Positions 38,001 through 50,607 of a stretch of 64,000 bases of DNA are shown in pieces. Under the pieces are notes generated by a model, which searched no databases, was not told the DNA's origin, and saw nothing but the letters and a program-made list of their open reading frames with translations. How positions within the stretch are numbered: position 1 is the stretch's first letter; the number at the start of each line of letters is the position of its first letter. Both the position numbers and the translations under genes were made by a program. This DNA is from Tricharina praecox (lineage: Eukaryota). The stretch covers positions 620,001 to 684,000 of the forward strand of contig NW_026250420.1 of the NCBI RefSeq assembly GCF_024521635.1, written 5' to 3'.

Positions 38001-41000
38001 GGGCTGTGATTATCGCTATCGATGGGATAAATGGGGCTGGACTGCGGAGTTGAATGCGGGGTATGGGTTCTTATGTGTAGGACCACGGATTCATCGCCGG
38101 GCGGCCACACAGGCCCGGCATATAGAGCCGGTAAGTAGTTACAGCCAATGTGCCGTCGTGCCGCCGTGCTGGTGTTTAGGCGTAGAGGAGTGTGCTTGGT
38201 GTCCACGGCGTCTGTGCTTCCGATTCCGGGAAGTGGCACCTCGGCCGGAGAGTAACGGTGGGTATGGGCGTGCCATCGGAAATGGTATGGGCTTCTTGAA
38301 ATCCGTCTCTTGATATCTGCGTACGACGGACAGGCTTAAATGAATACGATGGATCGCTGCATGGGAACTCTCGGTGCCGGACACCCGACAACCCTGATAT
38401 GTATGCACCGGTATGTCCATTCCCACAGCCCTAGATCTTCGTAGAGAGAGTCGAACGGCAACCGCTCGTTGCGGCGAAGTGGCGAAGTACCTAATGTATG
38501 TCCCGTATAGAGTAGTCAGTCGGCAGTTAATCCAAGAAACCCAGCCGCTCACGCTGAAGAAAGATAACTGCTTACTGTCAATAGGACCTCGTCCCGGTGG
38601 GAGTTGGGTACTCTCCAGTAGGTATATAAGGAGTTATGTAGGCCCCGCCGTGTGCATCATCCATCGCAATCCGAGCTCGAGGGCATCTCAGCTTTATGGG
38701 GCGCCACCGGCTAGCTCCATCTCCAGGCTCCCGTCCTCACCGCAGTCACCAGTGTGAGTCAAGCCCGAGCGGTGAGCGGCCAAGAACAACAACTAGAACG
38801 AGAAAAAAGAGCCTCCTCCTCCGCCGCCACAAAACGCCCCACTCGCTAATCGCAATCGCAATTGCAATCGCGTTTCGAATCAGGCTGAGACAGCATGGCA
38901 GCATGGACCGCGAGGCAATCGCCGGCCTCGCTTGGGACCACTGCATTCTGCACGTGGCTGCATTGCGTCAGGACGAGCAGCTACTCAACTTCATATCCAG
39001 GTACCAAAGGAGAGGATCGGTACACGACGTACGTACACACAAACGCCAGTGCCGCGGTGATAGCGACCTTCCACGAACCGCCGGAGAGACCGTGGCTTGC
39101 AGGGCCGCGTCACGATGCGTGGCTGTCTCGCTTAACTCTAACTACACCTGATGATCCGCGATGCGTCAGCAACCAGTGCACCACGGATCGGAAGGAAGCC
39201 TACCGAACTCCGGGCAGCCACGCTTGTTCCTGAGAGGGCACCGTGCTGCGTGAAGTTGGTAGATGGATGGATACTGAGAGACCCTCGACGGGTACGGGCA
39301 ACTGGTGAGACTGATTCCATTGACTAGAAAGCAACAAGAAAGAAAATCAGTCTGTGTTCTTCAGACTGAACAATTTCAAAGTTCCTCTGCGGTATTGATA
39401 ATAAGGTCTGCGGTGTTGGAGAAATGTCTGATGTGTTGAACAAGACCAGACGAACAGAAAAGCGGCAACAGAGAACATTTCAACGTTGAGGCGACCGCAT
39501 CGGGTCTACCCCCGAATCCCACAATACGGCTCCCATCGGCTCGAGACGAGCCCGCCGGTCCCGGAGCTACTAGTATCTGCCGCTGCTGTCCTTCACGAGC
39601 TACCTACGATTCAATGATAGTCTTTGATAAACAGCGACCAAAGGCGGCGGGTTCGCAATCACGCAAGACCAACCATCGATCTATCCGTCCAGCATACCCA
39701 TTACATATCTGGAGCGATTGGGCCGTGGACAACGCGGCAAAACCGCACCCAATTGCCAGTCCGTATCCCTTATGTGCACAACTGGCACATTTGAGTGGGT
39801 GGCATCATGCACCGAAGATCAAAGACGCGGGAGGCGGGATTTGGAAAGAAAAAAAAGAAAAAAAACGTGGTCAAACTCAATTCATTCAATGCACGGGGCC
39901 GAATTTGCCGAGTTTAGCCGTTCGGTCACTTGGAGGACGGTGTTGGTCGATCGGTACCGGTATGCACTCTACCGATGTTGATGTTGCTCCATCCGATACC
40001 AGTACCAGCGACAGATGGACGCAGAGGAATACCGGTACGTAACGTGCATACCGGCACACACGAATGTGGCCATTCCCCCCATGTCTCTCTAGAATATTCA
40101 CTTGCCCTTCAGGGCGCCGAGCTACCGTACTATGAGGGACCACGCCGAGCTGGCGAAGAAGGCCGCTGCTTTCTACCAGTTGAATGGGGACTCGCAGAGT
40201 CGCAGACGCTTCGAACTCTCTTCGTGATGATGATGATCTCCTGCTGATCTAGCTATGTGGATATCCTAACCCACCACACCCAGTCACCCACTCCGCAGCC
40301 AGAATTAGCCGGCGTCGATATACCCCGACACCGCGAGATCTACCATCTGCTCAAGTGGTCCCGAGTCCCGACTCCCGACTCCCGACATTCACGCTCTTGG
40401 TATTCCGCCTCCACGCCTGCGCCCTATCTGGCCAACCGACTACTCGGTTACAGATGCGAACTATAAATGTGAACCTACCTCCTCCAGTTTCAGCCTTGCC
40501 CCCAGCCACCGCCACAGCGCAGCCGCAGCCCCTTACATACCTCCGCCAAGGCCCAACACGCGCAGTCTCCTCCAGCCACCGCGTCGAAACTTGGAAGCAG
40601 GTGTGATTACTCGTTAGCCTGAGCCCTAGCCTGAGCCTGAGCCTCAAGCGAGTTGTGAGTTGCGACCCGCTCCGCTCCGGGCCGATCCGGCGGCGAGGCG
40701 AGGCGAGGCGGGGCGGGAAAAAGTGGCCTGATTTTCAGGACGGCTGGTGCGCCGGTGCGCCGGGATAGATATGTGGATATGGATAATTGAAGGGAAGACT
40801 GAATGGAAGGCGCATCGTTTGGAGCAGCAGGGCCTACCTACCTACTCTATTCTGGAGCAGTATCATATAGCCATTTGGATAGTTACATACCTACATACCT
40901 GTATAGTAGTACCTAGGGGTGTACATCTCGCCAGCATCAATGTGATGATGTCTTAGTTTCTGTTTCTGCCTGGCCAAACCAAACCAACTTCGAAACCCTC

Positions 41001-41320
41001 CGAGGCTCCACCGTTCAAGTTCGCGTAGCAGAGCTACCCCCCGGGCTGTAAGGCTGTCCATCCTCCCCTCCCTCCCCACGTAAACCTCCCCACGAAAGCC
41101 TCCCCACGAAAACCGAGCAAGCAAGCAAGTAAGCCACTTGGGGTGAAATCGTCAACCGCAAACTCGCGGAGTCCTACCGTCTCCCCGGGACTCCGGGCCC
41201 CCATCGTCTCCCCCGAGCCCCCACGGAGTACCGCGGTGCACAGCAGAGTACCGCGGCAAGGCTGTGGCAGTGTGGCGGGGCTGCGGCAGCCTACAGGTTT
41301 GTTCCGCTTACAATAACTAA

Positions 41321-41656
41321 GGGCCTGTTCGATTTCCAGCTGCATTTTGAATCTACATACCACACAAAATTGAGATGCAGATTGAAACCCTCAGTTTCCG
41401 GGCAATGGGTAACCGTTCAATTCGAGAAACTGCATGTTATCGACTGAGCAATAGCTTTACAAATAAACTACCGTATACGGACAACCACCAGTAGAGTACA
41501 TACCAGCGGTAGTCAGGAAAAGTGTGCCGTGCTGTTGAACATCTGGGTTGCCGAACGGGTCATCAGGGGAGTTGAGAGTTTGCAGTTGGTAATCTTCAAC
41601 TCGTCAGAAAGTTAAAACCCCAGGTTTGAAAATGCAGCTGGTACCCGGACTGGGAC
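41321..41656. mobile_element. PIF/Harbinger (Tourist-like) MITE, copy 2, inverted relative to copy 1
   Basis: Starts GGGCCTGTTCG and ends with a degenerate TIR. TAA on both flanks (41318-41320 and 41657-41659). The interior is the reverse complement of 28337-28643. Confidence 0.78.
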
Positions 41657-41712
41657 TAAGTAAGGTAGATATATGCATATACACACACGCGCATCATAGC
41701 CAACCGAGGAGG

Positions 41713-41895
41713 CTTGGAGTCTACAGTCTTGGATTCTTGGAGTCTTGGATTCTTGGAGTCTTGGATTCTTGGAGTCTTGGATTCTTGGAGTCTTGGAGTC
41801 TTGGATTCTTGGAGTCTTGGAATCTTGAACCCCCATAGATTCTTGAACTCTTGGAATCTTGGTCCCTTGGTCCTTTAGAGTCTTGGACTTTTGAA
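41713..41895. repeat. Degenerate 8-bp tandem array (GAGTCTTG/GATTCTTG)
   Basis: Read directly. Confidence 0.9.
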
Positions 41896-42310
41896 CTCCT
41901 AGCCTCTCGGCCGGGGAGAGGCGGGGGAGGAGGGAGGAGGGGGGTTGGATTGCTTTTCCTTTTGTCTATGTACCGGCAGCATGCAATGCAACTGGAGCGT
42001 AACCATACGGCATTACATACAGCCTCGTCATGGGTCGGAGGTAGAGTATAGCATCGGTCTTCAGACCGATCATGCCTTAAGCATCGTTTTTCCAATCAAA
42101 AAAAGAAGCAAAACCAGGAAGAAAAAAAAAAGGAAAAACAAAGGGAAAAGAAAAGGGGTACGAACGAAACAGAATGGGAATGGGAATGGGAAAGAGCGGA
42201 ATGCGGAGAGTATCGGATCGGGCTGGTCTCTACATACTCGTTCTAAGGCTCACTTTGTTTTTCTGGCTGGTTCGTTCTGTACATACGATCATACTCTATT
42301 CGTCCTGGGA

Positions 42311-42453
42311 GTGAGAGAGAGAGAACTTCAATCCATTTCGCATGCAGCCTATCTAGACTATGGCGAACCATCTCACTTCCTTTCCTGACCACTGTGGTCG
42401 GTCGGGTTGGTGACCCTGCTGCCGGTCAGCACGATGTGGCGCCGCTGCCTACC
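42311..42453 (-). mobile_element. Non-LTR 3' UTR/tail fragment (family 2), inverted
   Basis: The reverse complement matches about 43008-43146, including GGTTCGCCATAGTCTAGATAGGCTGCATGCGAAAT and the (TC)n end. Confidence 0.8.
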
Positions 42454-42573
42454 TCGGGGCTGAGAAGCTGTCGGCTGCGCGTGGCATGTGCGTGCCCGAG
42501 TGATCCACCGTGCATCACCGACGACTGCGGAAGAAAAAAAACAGACGGACAAGGCCGCCCGCAATGCCCTCCA

Positions 42574-43146
42574 CCTGAAGTGGATCAAGAAGCGGGAGGA
42601 TGATCACGGCTGGTGGTGCAACAGGCCAACCAAGCAATCACGAGAGCACCTGTTCAAACACTGCTCATGGTGGAGAAGCCAGTAGAAAGCCATTCGGGCG
42701 AAGGTCGGGAAGCAGACAAAGAGAAGGAAAGAGAGATGGTCAATAGCGGAGTTGTTCGCCGACGAGCGGTGCAGCGAGGCAATCCTAGAGTTTCTAGGAA
42801 CGACGGATGTGAGGAGGAAAACTCCGCCAGACCTGGAGGAGGAAAACTCCGCCAGACCTGGAGGAGGAGGAGGAGGAGGAGGCAAGCATCGCATCGGGGG
42901 CAGAGCAAGAGTACCCAGCAGGGTACTGTGTCTGCGGCCGGTGCGAGGAAGTAGGAAATGAGGATATGCGGTGATATTTTCTTGGTACGATTTCCTTTAT
43001 TTGTTTGGCAGGCAGCGGCGCCACATCGTACTGGCCGGTAGCGGGGTATCAACCCCCGCTCGGCCAGCGTGGGCAGGAAAGAAGTGCGACGGTTCGCCAT
43101 AGTCTAGATAGGCTGCATGCGAAATAAACTGAAGATCTCTCTCTCT
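42574..43146 (+). mobile_element. 5'-truncated LINE (Tad/I-like) remnant: degenerate ORF2 C-terminus plus 3' UTR (family 2)
   Basis: Translates to LKWIKKREDDHGWWCNRPTKQSREHLFKHCSWWRSQ*..RWSIAELFADERCSEAILEFLGTTDVRR, the C-terminal zinc-knuckle region of fungal LINE pol, with an internal stop. TSD CCGCAA(T/G)GCCCTCCA at 42559-42573 and 43147-43161. Confidence 0.82.
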
Positions 43147-44079
43147 CCGCAAGGCCCTCCATCACCGCCTGGTAGATATGGGTATAGAACCTCGCCAGGA
43201 CTTTGCCAGGACTTCGCCGGGACTTCGCCTGACTGCTGGATCCGTGACGCAGTCCTCGCCGCGTACTGTAGAGGTGATCCAGAAATGCCCATCATTGCCG
43301 ACCCGCTTTCACCGAAAGCCCCCAAGAATTTGAAATCCTATGATAGTACACTCAACACACCAAATCCACTCCTCGGCATCCAACCACCCATCAGGACCAC
43401 TCGCATACTTGGTAACAAAACAGCAAAACGTCAACGCCTCGTTTGTCAGCCCATTCATCAGCCCCATTCACCACTCGCCATTCACCATTCACTCTTCACC
43501 ACACTCTTCACCACACCATTCACCGTTCACATGCCGTCCTACCGGTCCCAATCCTACCAGTACCAAATGCCCAATGTAATTCCCCCTCTTCCTCTAAGTA
43601 AGTGTAACATCCAAGTAAGTAGTAGTATCCACAACACAACACAACAGAAACCCCAACCAAAACGACAACCCCGACAACCCCCATCCCACCGCGCGTCCAT
43701 GCCAGCATACTAGATAGAGACAAGACAAGACAAGACACATCACACACGCACAACAAAAACCAACTCTTTATATTTGCATCGCATCAATCATCACTTCCGG
43801 CGGCGGCCGTCCGACCCATCTCATCTCATCTCCTCTTCCCCACACACCCGACCCAGCTGCAAACGATTGAAGACAACGGGGAAAAAAAAGAGGCCTAAAT
43901 ACGTTTGGAAGGGAATGCATAGAGGAAAGAAAGAGACAAGCAAAAAAAATGAAGAACAAGACATCCCAAAGCCCCCAAGTATCCCTACTCTTCCTCCCCA
44001 TGCCCCACGCTACGCCAGTCAAGACAAAAAAACCCGATTTTCCCAACCAGAATAAAACACCCTATCAATACAACAGATC

Positions 44080-47000
44080 CTAGTTGACATATTCCGCCTG
44101 GATAGCGATTCGATCGCCTTGTGGAATCTGAGTCAAAAATGCGTCGAAATCGGCAATGAACGAACGGTAACCGGCGACAGTCTATCAAGCCGAATGGTCA
44201 GTCTTCAATTCCCGCACGGTCCTGGGGTAGGCCAAGCCAAAAAATTAAAATGGAAACGCACCTGTCTGAACAACTCCTTGAGCTCCGGACTCGGATCCTT
44301 GTAGCGGGCGATCGCCCTGAAGAAAGGCACCAGACAGCTCTCCATCGCCTCCGGGTTTCTGCCGACAACCATGCAGAACCCCTTGAGCGCCGTGTCCTTC
44401 TCGTCTGTCTCTGCCACCTTTGCCAGTGCGTCTAGGAAGGGGTACGCAAACGTGTCCAGGTGTGGAGCGAGCTCATCGCAAGAGGCCAGGCCGAGTCGTC
44501 CGAGTGCCACTGCTGCATTCTCCGTAACCGATGAAGGAACTTTGGTAGATTGAATGATAGTAAGGAGACTGATGTAGAGCCGTTCGACGTAAGGTGTCAT
44601 ACCGACTACTAAGTTATTATTTGTCAGTCATACGCACGGCTTTCGGAGTAGATGGGGCGCCCGCTTACCCTGTTGTAGCGCGATTTCTCCACAACTCCAG
44701 CATGCATTGTTGATAACGCTAAACGCATTGTCTTCGTCGAACTCGCTCAGATTCTCGATGTCCAACTGCTGAATCAACAGCTCCATCACGTTGGGGAGAT
44801 AAGGTTGCAGCTGCGCGAATACGTAGATCGCGCAATCACCCAGAAGTGCGTAGGAAGACTGTCGGACATCGTTGTTTGTATCCTACCATCACATGTTAGA
44901 AGTGTCAGGGCCATCCGATGGATACAGGAAGGACATACAGCCATGCAATGTGTCAGAAGTTCGAAGAAGTTTGGGATGGCACCCGCCACCAATTGCGAGC
45001 TCTGGCTATCCAGAGCCTGGATGACAGCACTCAACAGGTCGAGACTGGTAACAAGGAAATCCTTCTCGGGTTCGTCTAGAGATGGGTTGTGAACAAATGC
45101 AGCCTGTTTCTCCAGGTTCTGATGGATGATACTGATGCATCGGTGAAAGATAGGTGTAGCGAAAGGTTGAAATTTTTGTCCCAGAGCAGTCGACACGTAG
45201 GAAAGGCACTCCAGCAAGGGGAACAACTCTCTCGAGTCATCCTTGACCTTCTTCCACCTCTCGATCAGAGCAGGCATGAGGATCGCCACCAGTTCATCCT
45301 GTGCGAGAGCCTCGCTGACGTGTTCCGCGAGAGTCTGTACGCAGTCGTACAGGATGAACATGTTCCGATCCTTGTACTGCCGCATGGCCGTGACAAACTG
45401 CTGGACGATAACCTTGATGTATGGCTCCAGAACACCCTTGCTCTGCTCCTCGAGGTTGGCAAAGGCAGATGCTGCAGCCTCCTGCACACGCTTGTTCCCA
45501 TCGAGCATCTTGAGCAGGATACCCTCCATCATCGGCTCAAAGTACTTTTGCAGGTGCTGCGTGTCGTGGTTGCTGGGGTCTGGATCGGTGGCAGCCCATC
45601 GTGAGTATCGGCCGAGCGTCCAACATGTGATCTGACGCACAAGCGGCTCATCGTCGTTCAACAGGGAGATCAGGTAAGGGATCAGATCGGGAAGATGGAA
45701 CGCCACACCGTCGAGACATCCATCGGCCACCGCACCCAGAGCCAGGACGGCCGCTTCTCGGTAAGGCCATTCTGGATGGCGGATGTTTTCTTTCAGGTAC
45801 GGTAGGATGACCTCCAGGACGGGCTGGTGGAAAACAGTCGCCAGTACGTCCAATGCCGCCGCCGAGCATTTCCTCAGGTTCCACCGGTCCTCAGGATCCT
45901 CCATCCCGAGCAAATCTTCAAACTCGGAATCGTACTCATCGACTTCGCCATCGCTCAAGTCCCCATCGCCGTTGCGTGGCCGCTCTTCTACTTCTACACT
46001 CTCGCCGTTCGGTAGGCGCTGCCGTGACTTGGCGAACTTGGGCTTGATATCTTCCGCCTTGTCCTCCTCGTCGGCATCGTCGCCTTCGCCGCCAAGTCTG
46101 AAGATCTCCTCCTCCGCATAGATCATCGACTTCAGCAGGATGGGAACGATCTTGGGCAGGAATGGTCCCAGATGCATCCTCAACTGATCGTGCTCTCCAA
46201 CCGTCAACCAGAACTCGGCGGCGTCCAAAGCCACGTCCACGTCGGTGTCATTCTGCTGCTGAACCAGGTAATCGACAACTCCGCTCATGACCGGTGCGAT
46301 TTTGTCGGGGCGGATGTCGACCAGGTGCACCAGCGCGCGGCACACCTCCCGACGCAACGCAGGGTGGGGATTGTTTCCGAGGCGGAAGAGACTCTCGACC
46401 AGCGTGTCGATGTTGGCGAGTACCGCCTGCGACCGCATCGGGAGGAATATGTTGATGACCTCGAGGGAGTCGGCCTGGACCGCGGAGGACGGATGGTGGG
46501 TAAACTGCAGGAATTTGGGGATCATGAACGCAAGTGGACGCTGGGGATCCTTCTCCAGAGCCTTCTTGCTGTCCTGACAGACCTTCTTGAGAGCGCTCAT
46601 AGCGCCTTCCTGCACAGCAACCGGTAAATCTGCTCCGCTGGGATCTTTGCCTTCTGTCATGGTGATCAACTGGGCCAGCACATCCGACCACGCCATGATT
46701 CCACCCTTCCGTAGCAGCTCGGTTATGACGTTTCCGGTAAAGCTTCTAATGCCACCATTCTCGTCGCGAAGGCCCTGAAGAAGTTCCGACTTGATGTAGG
46801 CAAGCGTTTGTGCCGAAAGCGAATTAGGTATTAAGGTGATGTTGTTCTTCATCAACATGGCGGCCGAGCAGCGGACAACATGGTATTCTCTGGCATCCAT
46901 GCCGGGCACGGGGATCGGTTCGGGGTGTACGAGGATATAGCATAGATAATTGTTGATATCGGGAGACTGCTGGCTCGCCTGCTGCAGCATCTATAGGGAA

Positions 47001-47214
47001 TTTCAGACGGATTAGCTATCTGTCCATCTTTCCCCTATTTCATCATCTCTGCGCGGCACCTCTGTGACGAGCATCCAAGTGACGCAAACGTTGTGGGGTA
47101 CGGGAGGCAAGATACCTGAGTAGCACGCTGCTGGGTGGCCCTATCGGAACCCAAGCTGTCCTTCAGGTACCCCGCCAACTCCCGGATGGGAGCCTCTTGC
47201 GGTTGCCACGCCAT
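44080..47214 (-). CDS. KAP104: Transportin-1 / importin beta-2 (karyopherin Kap104), about 937 aa; exons 47214-47116, 46990-44939, 44882-44669, 44608-44262 and 44181-44080
   Basis: N-terminus MAWQPQE. HEAT-repeat motifs DVALDAAEFW, an acidic H8 loop, WNLRKCSAAALDVLA, NKRVQEAAASAFANLEE and VINNACWSCGEIA. Four GT-AG introns give a continuous frame. Confidence 0.95.
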
Positions 47215-47406
47215 TGGGGTAGAAAGTGTCGATGACGGTGCGTCTCAGTGAAGCGAGAGTGTCGAACGAGGTGTGTTCGGAAAACGTTCGACGCGGAGGA
47301 GGAGGAGTGGAGTCGAGTGTTCGAGGATGGATGACCGAAAGAGCAGAGGTGGGTGGATGAATTTCTTCTTCGCTGTGTTTGCAAGCGGTAGTGAAGTGGG
47401 GGATCA

Positions 47407-47992
47407 CTAGCGGCAGCACATTAGAGTTAGACATATCGGTTTTCGCGCTTAGTTAGGGTCATTTCTTTTTTTTTTTTTTTTTACTTTTTGTTTTTGAGGG
47501 GGTGGGGGGGAGGGGCAGAGCTACATGAAAGCAAGCGGTAAAGGGCACACGAATCAGTTTCGGCAGGGGTGAATAGCACACCAAGAGGGTGGGAGGGCGA
47601 GGGGCGACGATGGGGGGAGGGGACGGGGAAGCGAACGACTGGGGTGGGGCGGCGGGGGAGGGGGCTGGTGGCGTTATTCCGGGGTGAGAGAGAAAGAGAG
47701 GAGGGAGAGAATGGAAGTTGAAGAACGAATGCGTCCCAGTCTCTTGGCTGGTTGCCGTCGCGAACCTTCCTCGTAAAACCTCCCAGCACCAACACCCGCA
47801 ATGCGGTTCACATTCACCGGCCGACCGGCAACAGTCGCCAGAGCACCGTGCTGAAACGTGGGAACCGGAAAGGCAACCCGGCAGCGATGGTGATGAAGAA
47901 GAAGAACAAGAAGAAGAGGGATCAAGAGAATGAAGCGAGAAGGACTCTAGGGCTTTAGGGAGCAAACAGGAAGCATATTGCCACAAACTCAC
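47407..47992 (-). other. Putative 5'-UTR intron of KAP104
   Basis: On the minus strand: donor GTGAGT at 47992, branch points CTAAC/CTAAT at about 47430-47420, and TAG acceptor ending at 47407, 193 nt upstream of the ATG. Confidence 0.45.
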
Positions 47993-50607
47993 CAGAGGAA
48001 TGTATTCTATATATGTTTAGCGGGTTCAAGGCAACATCAAAGTTGGCAGTTACGAGTAACGAGAGGCGGCGAATTGGAGAAGAAAGAAAAAAAGTATGAA
48101 GGCGCTGCCTGAACGGACCGACTGAATGAGAGCGGTGGGCGGTGAGAGGGAGTACTGGTGATGGTGGTGAAGAGTGGTTGGGTTTGTTTGGTTAGTGGAA
48201 GGTGGTGGTGAAGATGGTGGTGGTAGCGGTGGTAGCGGTGGTAGCGGTGGTGGTTGATGGTAGTGGTGTTGGTGGTGGTGATGGTGGTGTTGGTGGTGTT
48301 AGTGGTGGTGGTGTGTGTGCGCAGCAGAGCAGATCAGAGTACGGGTGGCCGGCGGTGGTGGGGGAAGCGACAGTTCTTGCGGGCGGGGGTGCGAATATCG
48401 GACAACCACAACATGACACAACCCACCAGAAAAAGCCGAACAAATTCAGCAAGAAGTAAGCGAGTCGAGACAGCTAAGTCAGTAAGTAAATAAGTGTGTA
48501 GGCAAGTAAGTGAGTGACACCTGGTTGGAGCACGAACACAAGCGACTCACCCGAGTGCTCTGGCGCCCTACTATGGCTTTACGTGAGCGAGACTGCTGCT
48601 GATTTGCAGTTGCGGTGATGAGCTACGGTGATGGTTATGGTTGTGGTTGCTGTGGTATTGGTGATGGTGGTGGCGATGCTGGTGGTGGAGGTGGCCGTGG
48701 TGGTGGTGATCGTCGTCGTCGTCGTGGACGTCGTGGTGGTGGTGGAGGCTGCAAAGATGTTGAAACTGCAGTAAGGGCCATATTGGGCCAATGGATGTCC
48801 GAGAAAGGGAATGTTGGGGGCTGATTTTCGAGACACTTGGCGTCGATCAGGGAAGTCTGGCCGCGGCTCACGATGGAGTAATATGGTACTTATTAAATCA
48901 TAATACGCCCATAAAAGACCGAACAGGTAATCAAGTAGCCCGCAATTGATTGCAGACATTGGACAAGGGCCGTGATTGCCACAGAAACAAGCCACGTTAA
49001 CGTTTGCCCTCAACAACGCTCAGCACTGCTCTCAAAGGCCTGCACCCCATCCAAGTATATATGATATGTATGCGTATCAGCAAGCAAGTACATGGACTAC
49101 TTACTCAAGTATATGTGTATCCCGGACTCTTTGTTCCCACCTGCCGGTAGCTATCTCCTCCCATGTGAACCTGACCTGATCTGATTGATCATGATGTGTA
49201 TGGCGATATGTCAACGGTGCCGGCGATTGGTGGCGGTGGTACATACATACATACCTGGTACCAGAGGGGGAAGTATTTAGGTAACTTTGTAGAGTACACT
49301 ACAATGTGCGGATCGCGCTCGGCATCTCTCCCCCCCCCCTCCCCTCCCAATTGCAACACCTTGTAGCACCAACACGTACTATGGCTCTCGATATTGCGGT
49401 GGTCGCCCCTCCCACAGTGTGTGGATTCATTCACTCCGATAGATAGAGTACCATACATACTTCATACATACCAATGGGACAAGGGATTCTCGAGTAGGTA
49501 CCCAGCACGTCTGCAGGCCCAGGAAGCAAGTGCGTTTGGGTATGTGTGTATGTACCGTTCACTACCCATAGTAGGCAGAGTAAGTACATAACACAGGTAA
49601 GTATGTGGTGTATAGTAGGTACTGACTTCCTCATCCCGGTTGGCGCACTCGTAGAATACTCGTAGAATACTCCAGAAGACGGAACTCGGGAATCCTTGAC
49701 GACACACCCATCCACCGCTGGCTGTGCGTGGTGGATGAGCTTAGAGTAAATACTCTACTCATGTAGGTACTTGGTTGGCAAACAACTTCCCAACCGACCA
49801 CATTTCTGCCGCCGCCCCGTCGCGTCCAATGCCAATCGTCCCCGTCGGCCCGTGCCACAGCGCGATCCCCCCAGGGCGAAGTTCGCTCGCTCTTCCGGAC
49901 CGTGTTCGAATCCTCGATCGACCGCTTCGAGGGGAGGAGTGGCTCCACTGCAGATATATACCCGTATGGATCTACCTAGGGTAGGTAGGTAGGTAAGGTG
50001 CCTAAAAGCCAATCAGTAGGATATCGGTACGGACTAGAGTAGCTAGCGATGAGCATGAGCCGGTAGTTACTAGTAACTGGATGAAGGCAAAGAAAACCGG
50101 AGGCCGCATTTGGCCGGAATACTGTATGTATGTATATGTACGGTGTACGATGTACTGTGTCAGTACTCGCAGACGGAACGTAGAGGTACGTATGTAAAAG
50201 GTTGGTGAGGTCGAGCGCTCGGTAGTTCTCCATGGCTGTGATAGTAGGTTAGGTATGTAGCAATGTAGCATCGATGAATAACGACTGGATTGGCTCGAGG
50301 TGAATCGTGACTAATGGCGTTTCGTTTCTTGGCTTCGGGTGCGCAGCGCCGCAGCGACGACCGGGTCGCAGTTTCAATTCGGATACAGACAGACCATCAC
50401 ATGCCTGATGGTGGTAACATACTGTAACACTGATTAGAAGAGGTTGCAGTATGATACATCCATACGTTACCCACGCCTTGTAGCTCCCTGTTATCATCGG
50501 GGCTGGAGTTGGAGCCTGGAGTCACGATCGTGGCAACACCGCAGGCGCTGATCTTGTAGGTACTGTAGATCGGATCGATTAGATAAAGCTGCGAAACCGG
50601 CAACGTG

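Noticed and set aside
39324..39369. 8-bp hairpin near CTAG as a Helitron 3' end
   Set aside because: The hairpin is weak, the spacing is atypical, and there is no second copy or 5' end.
42281..42296. ACATACGATCATAC resembles the 5' end of ascomycete 5S rRNA
   Set aside because: Similarity stops after about 14 nt; no internal boxes or complementary 3' end.
49850..49930. GTTCGAATCC B-box-like motif (tRNA or SINE head)
   Set aside because: The T-stem and acceptor stem do not pair, and no cloverleaf can be drawn.
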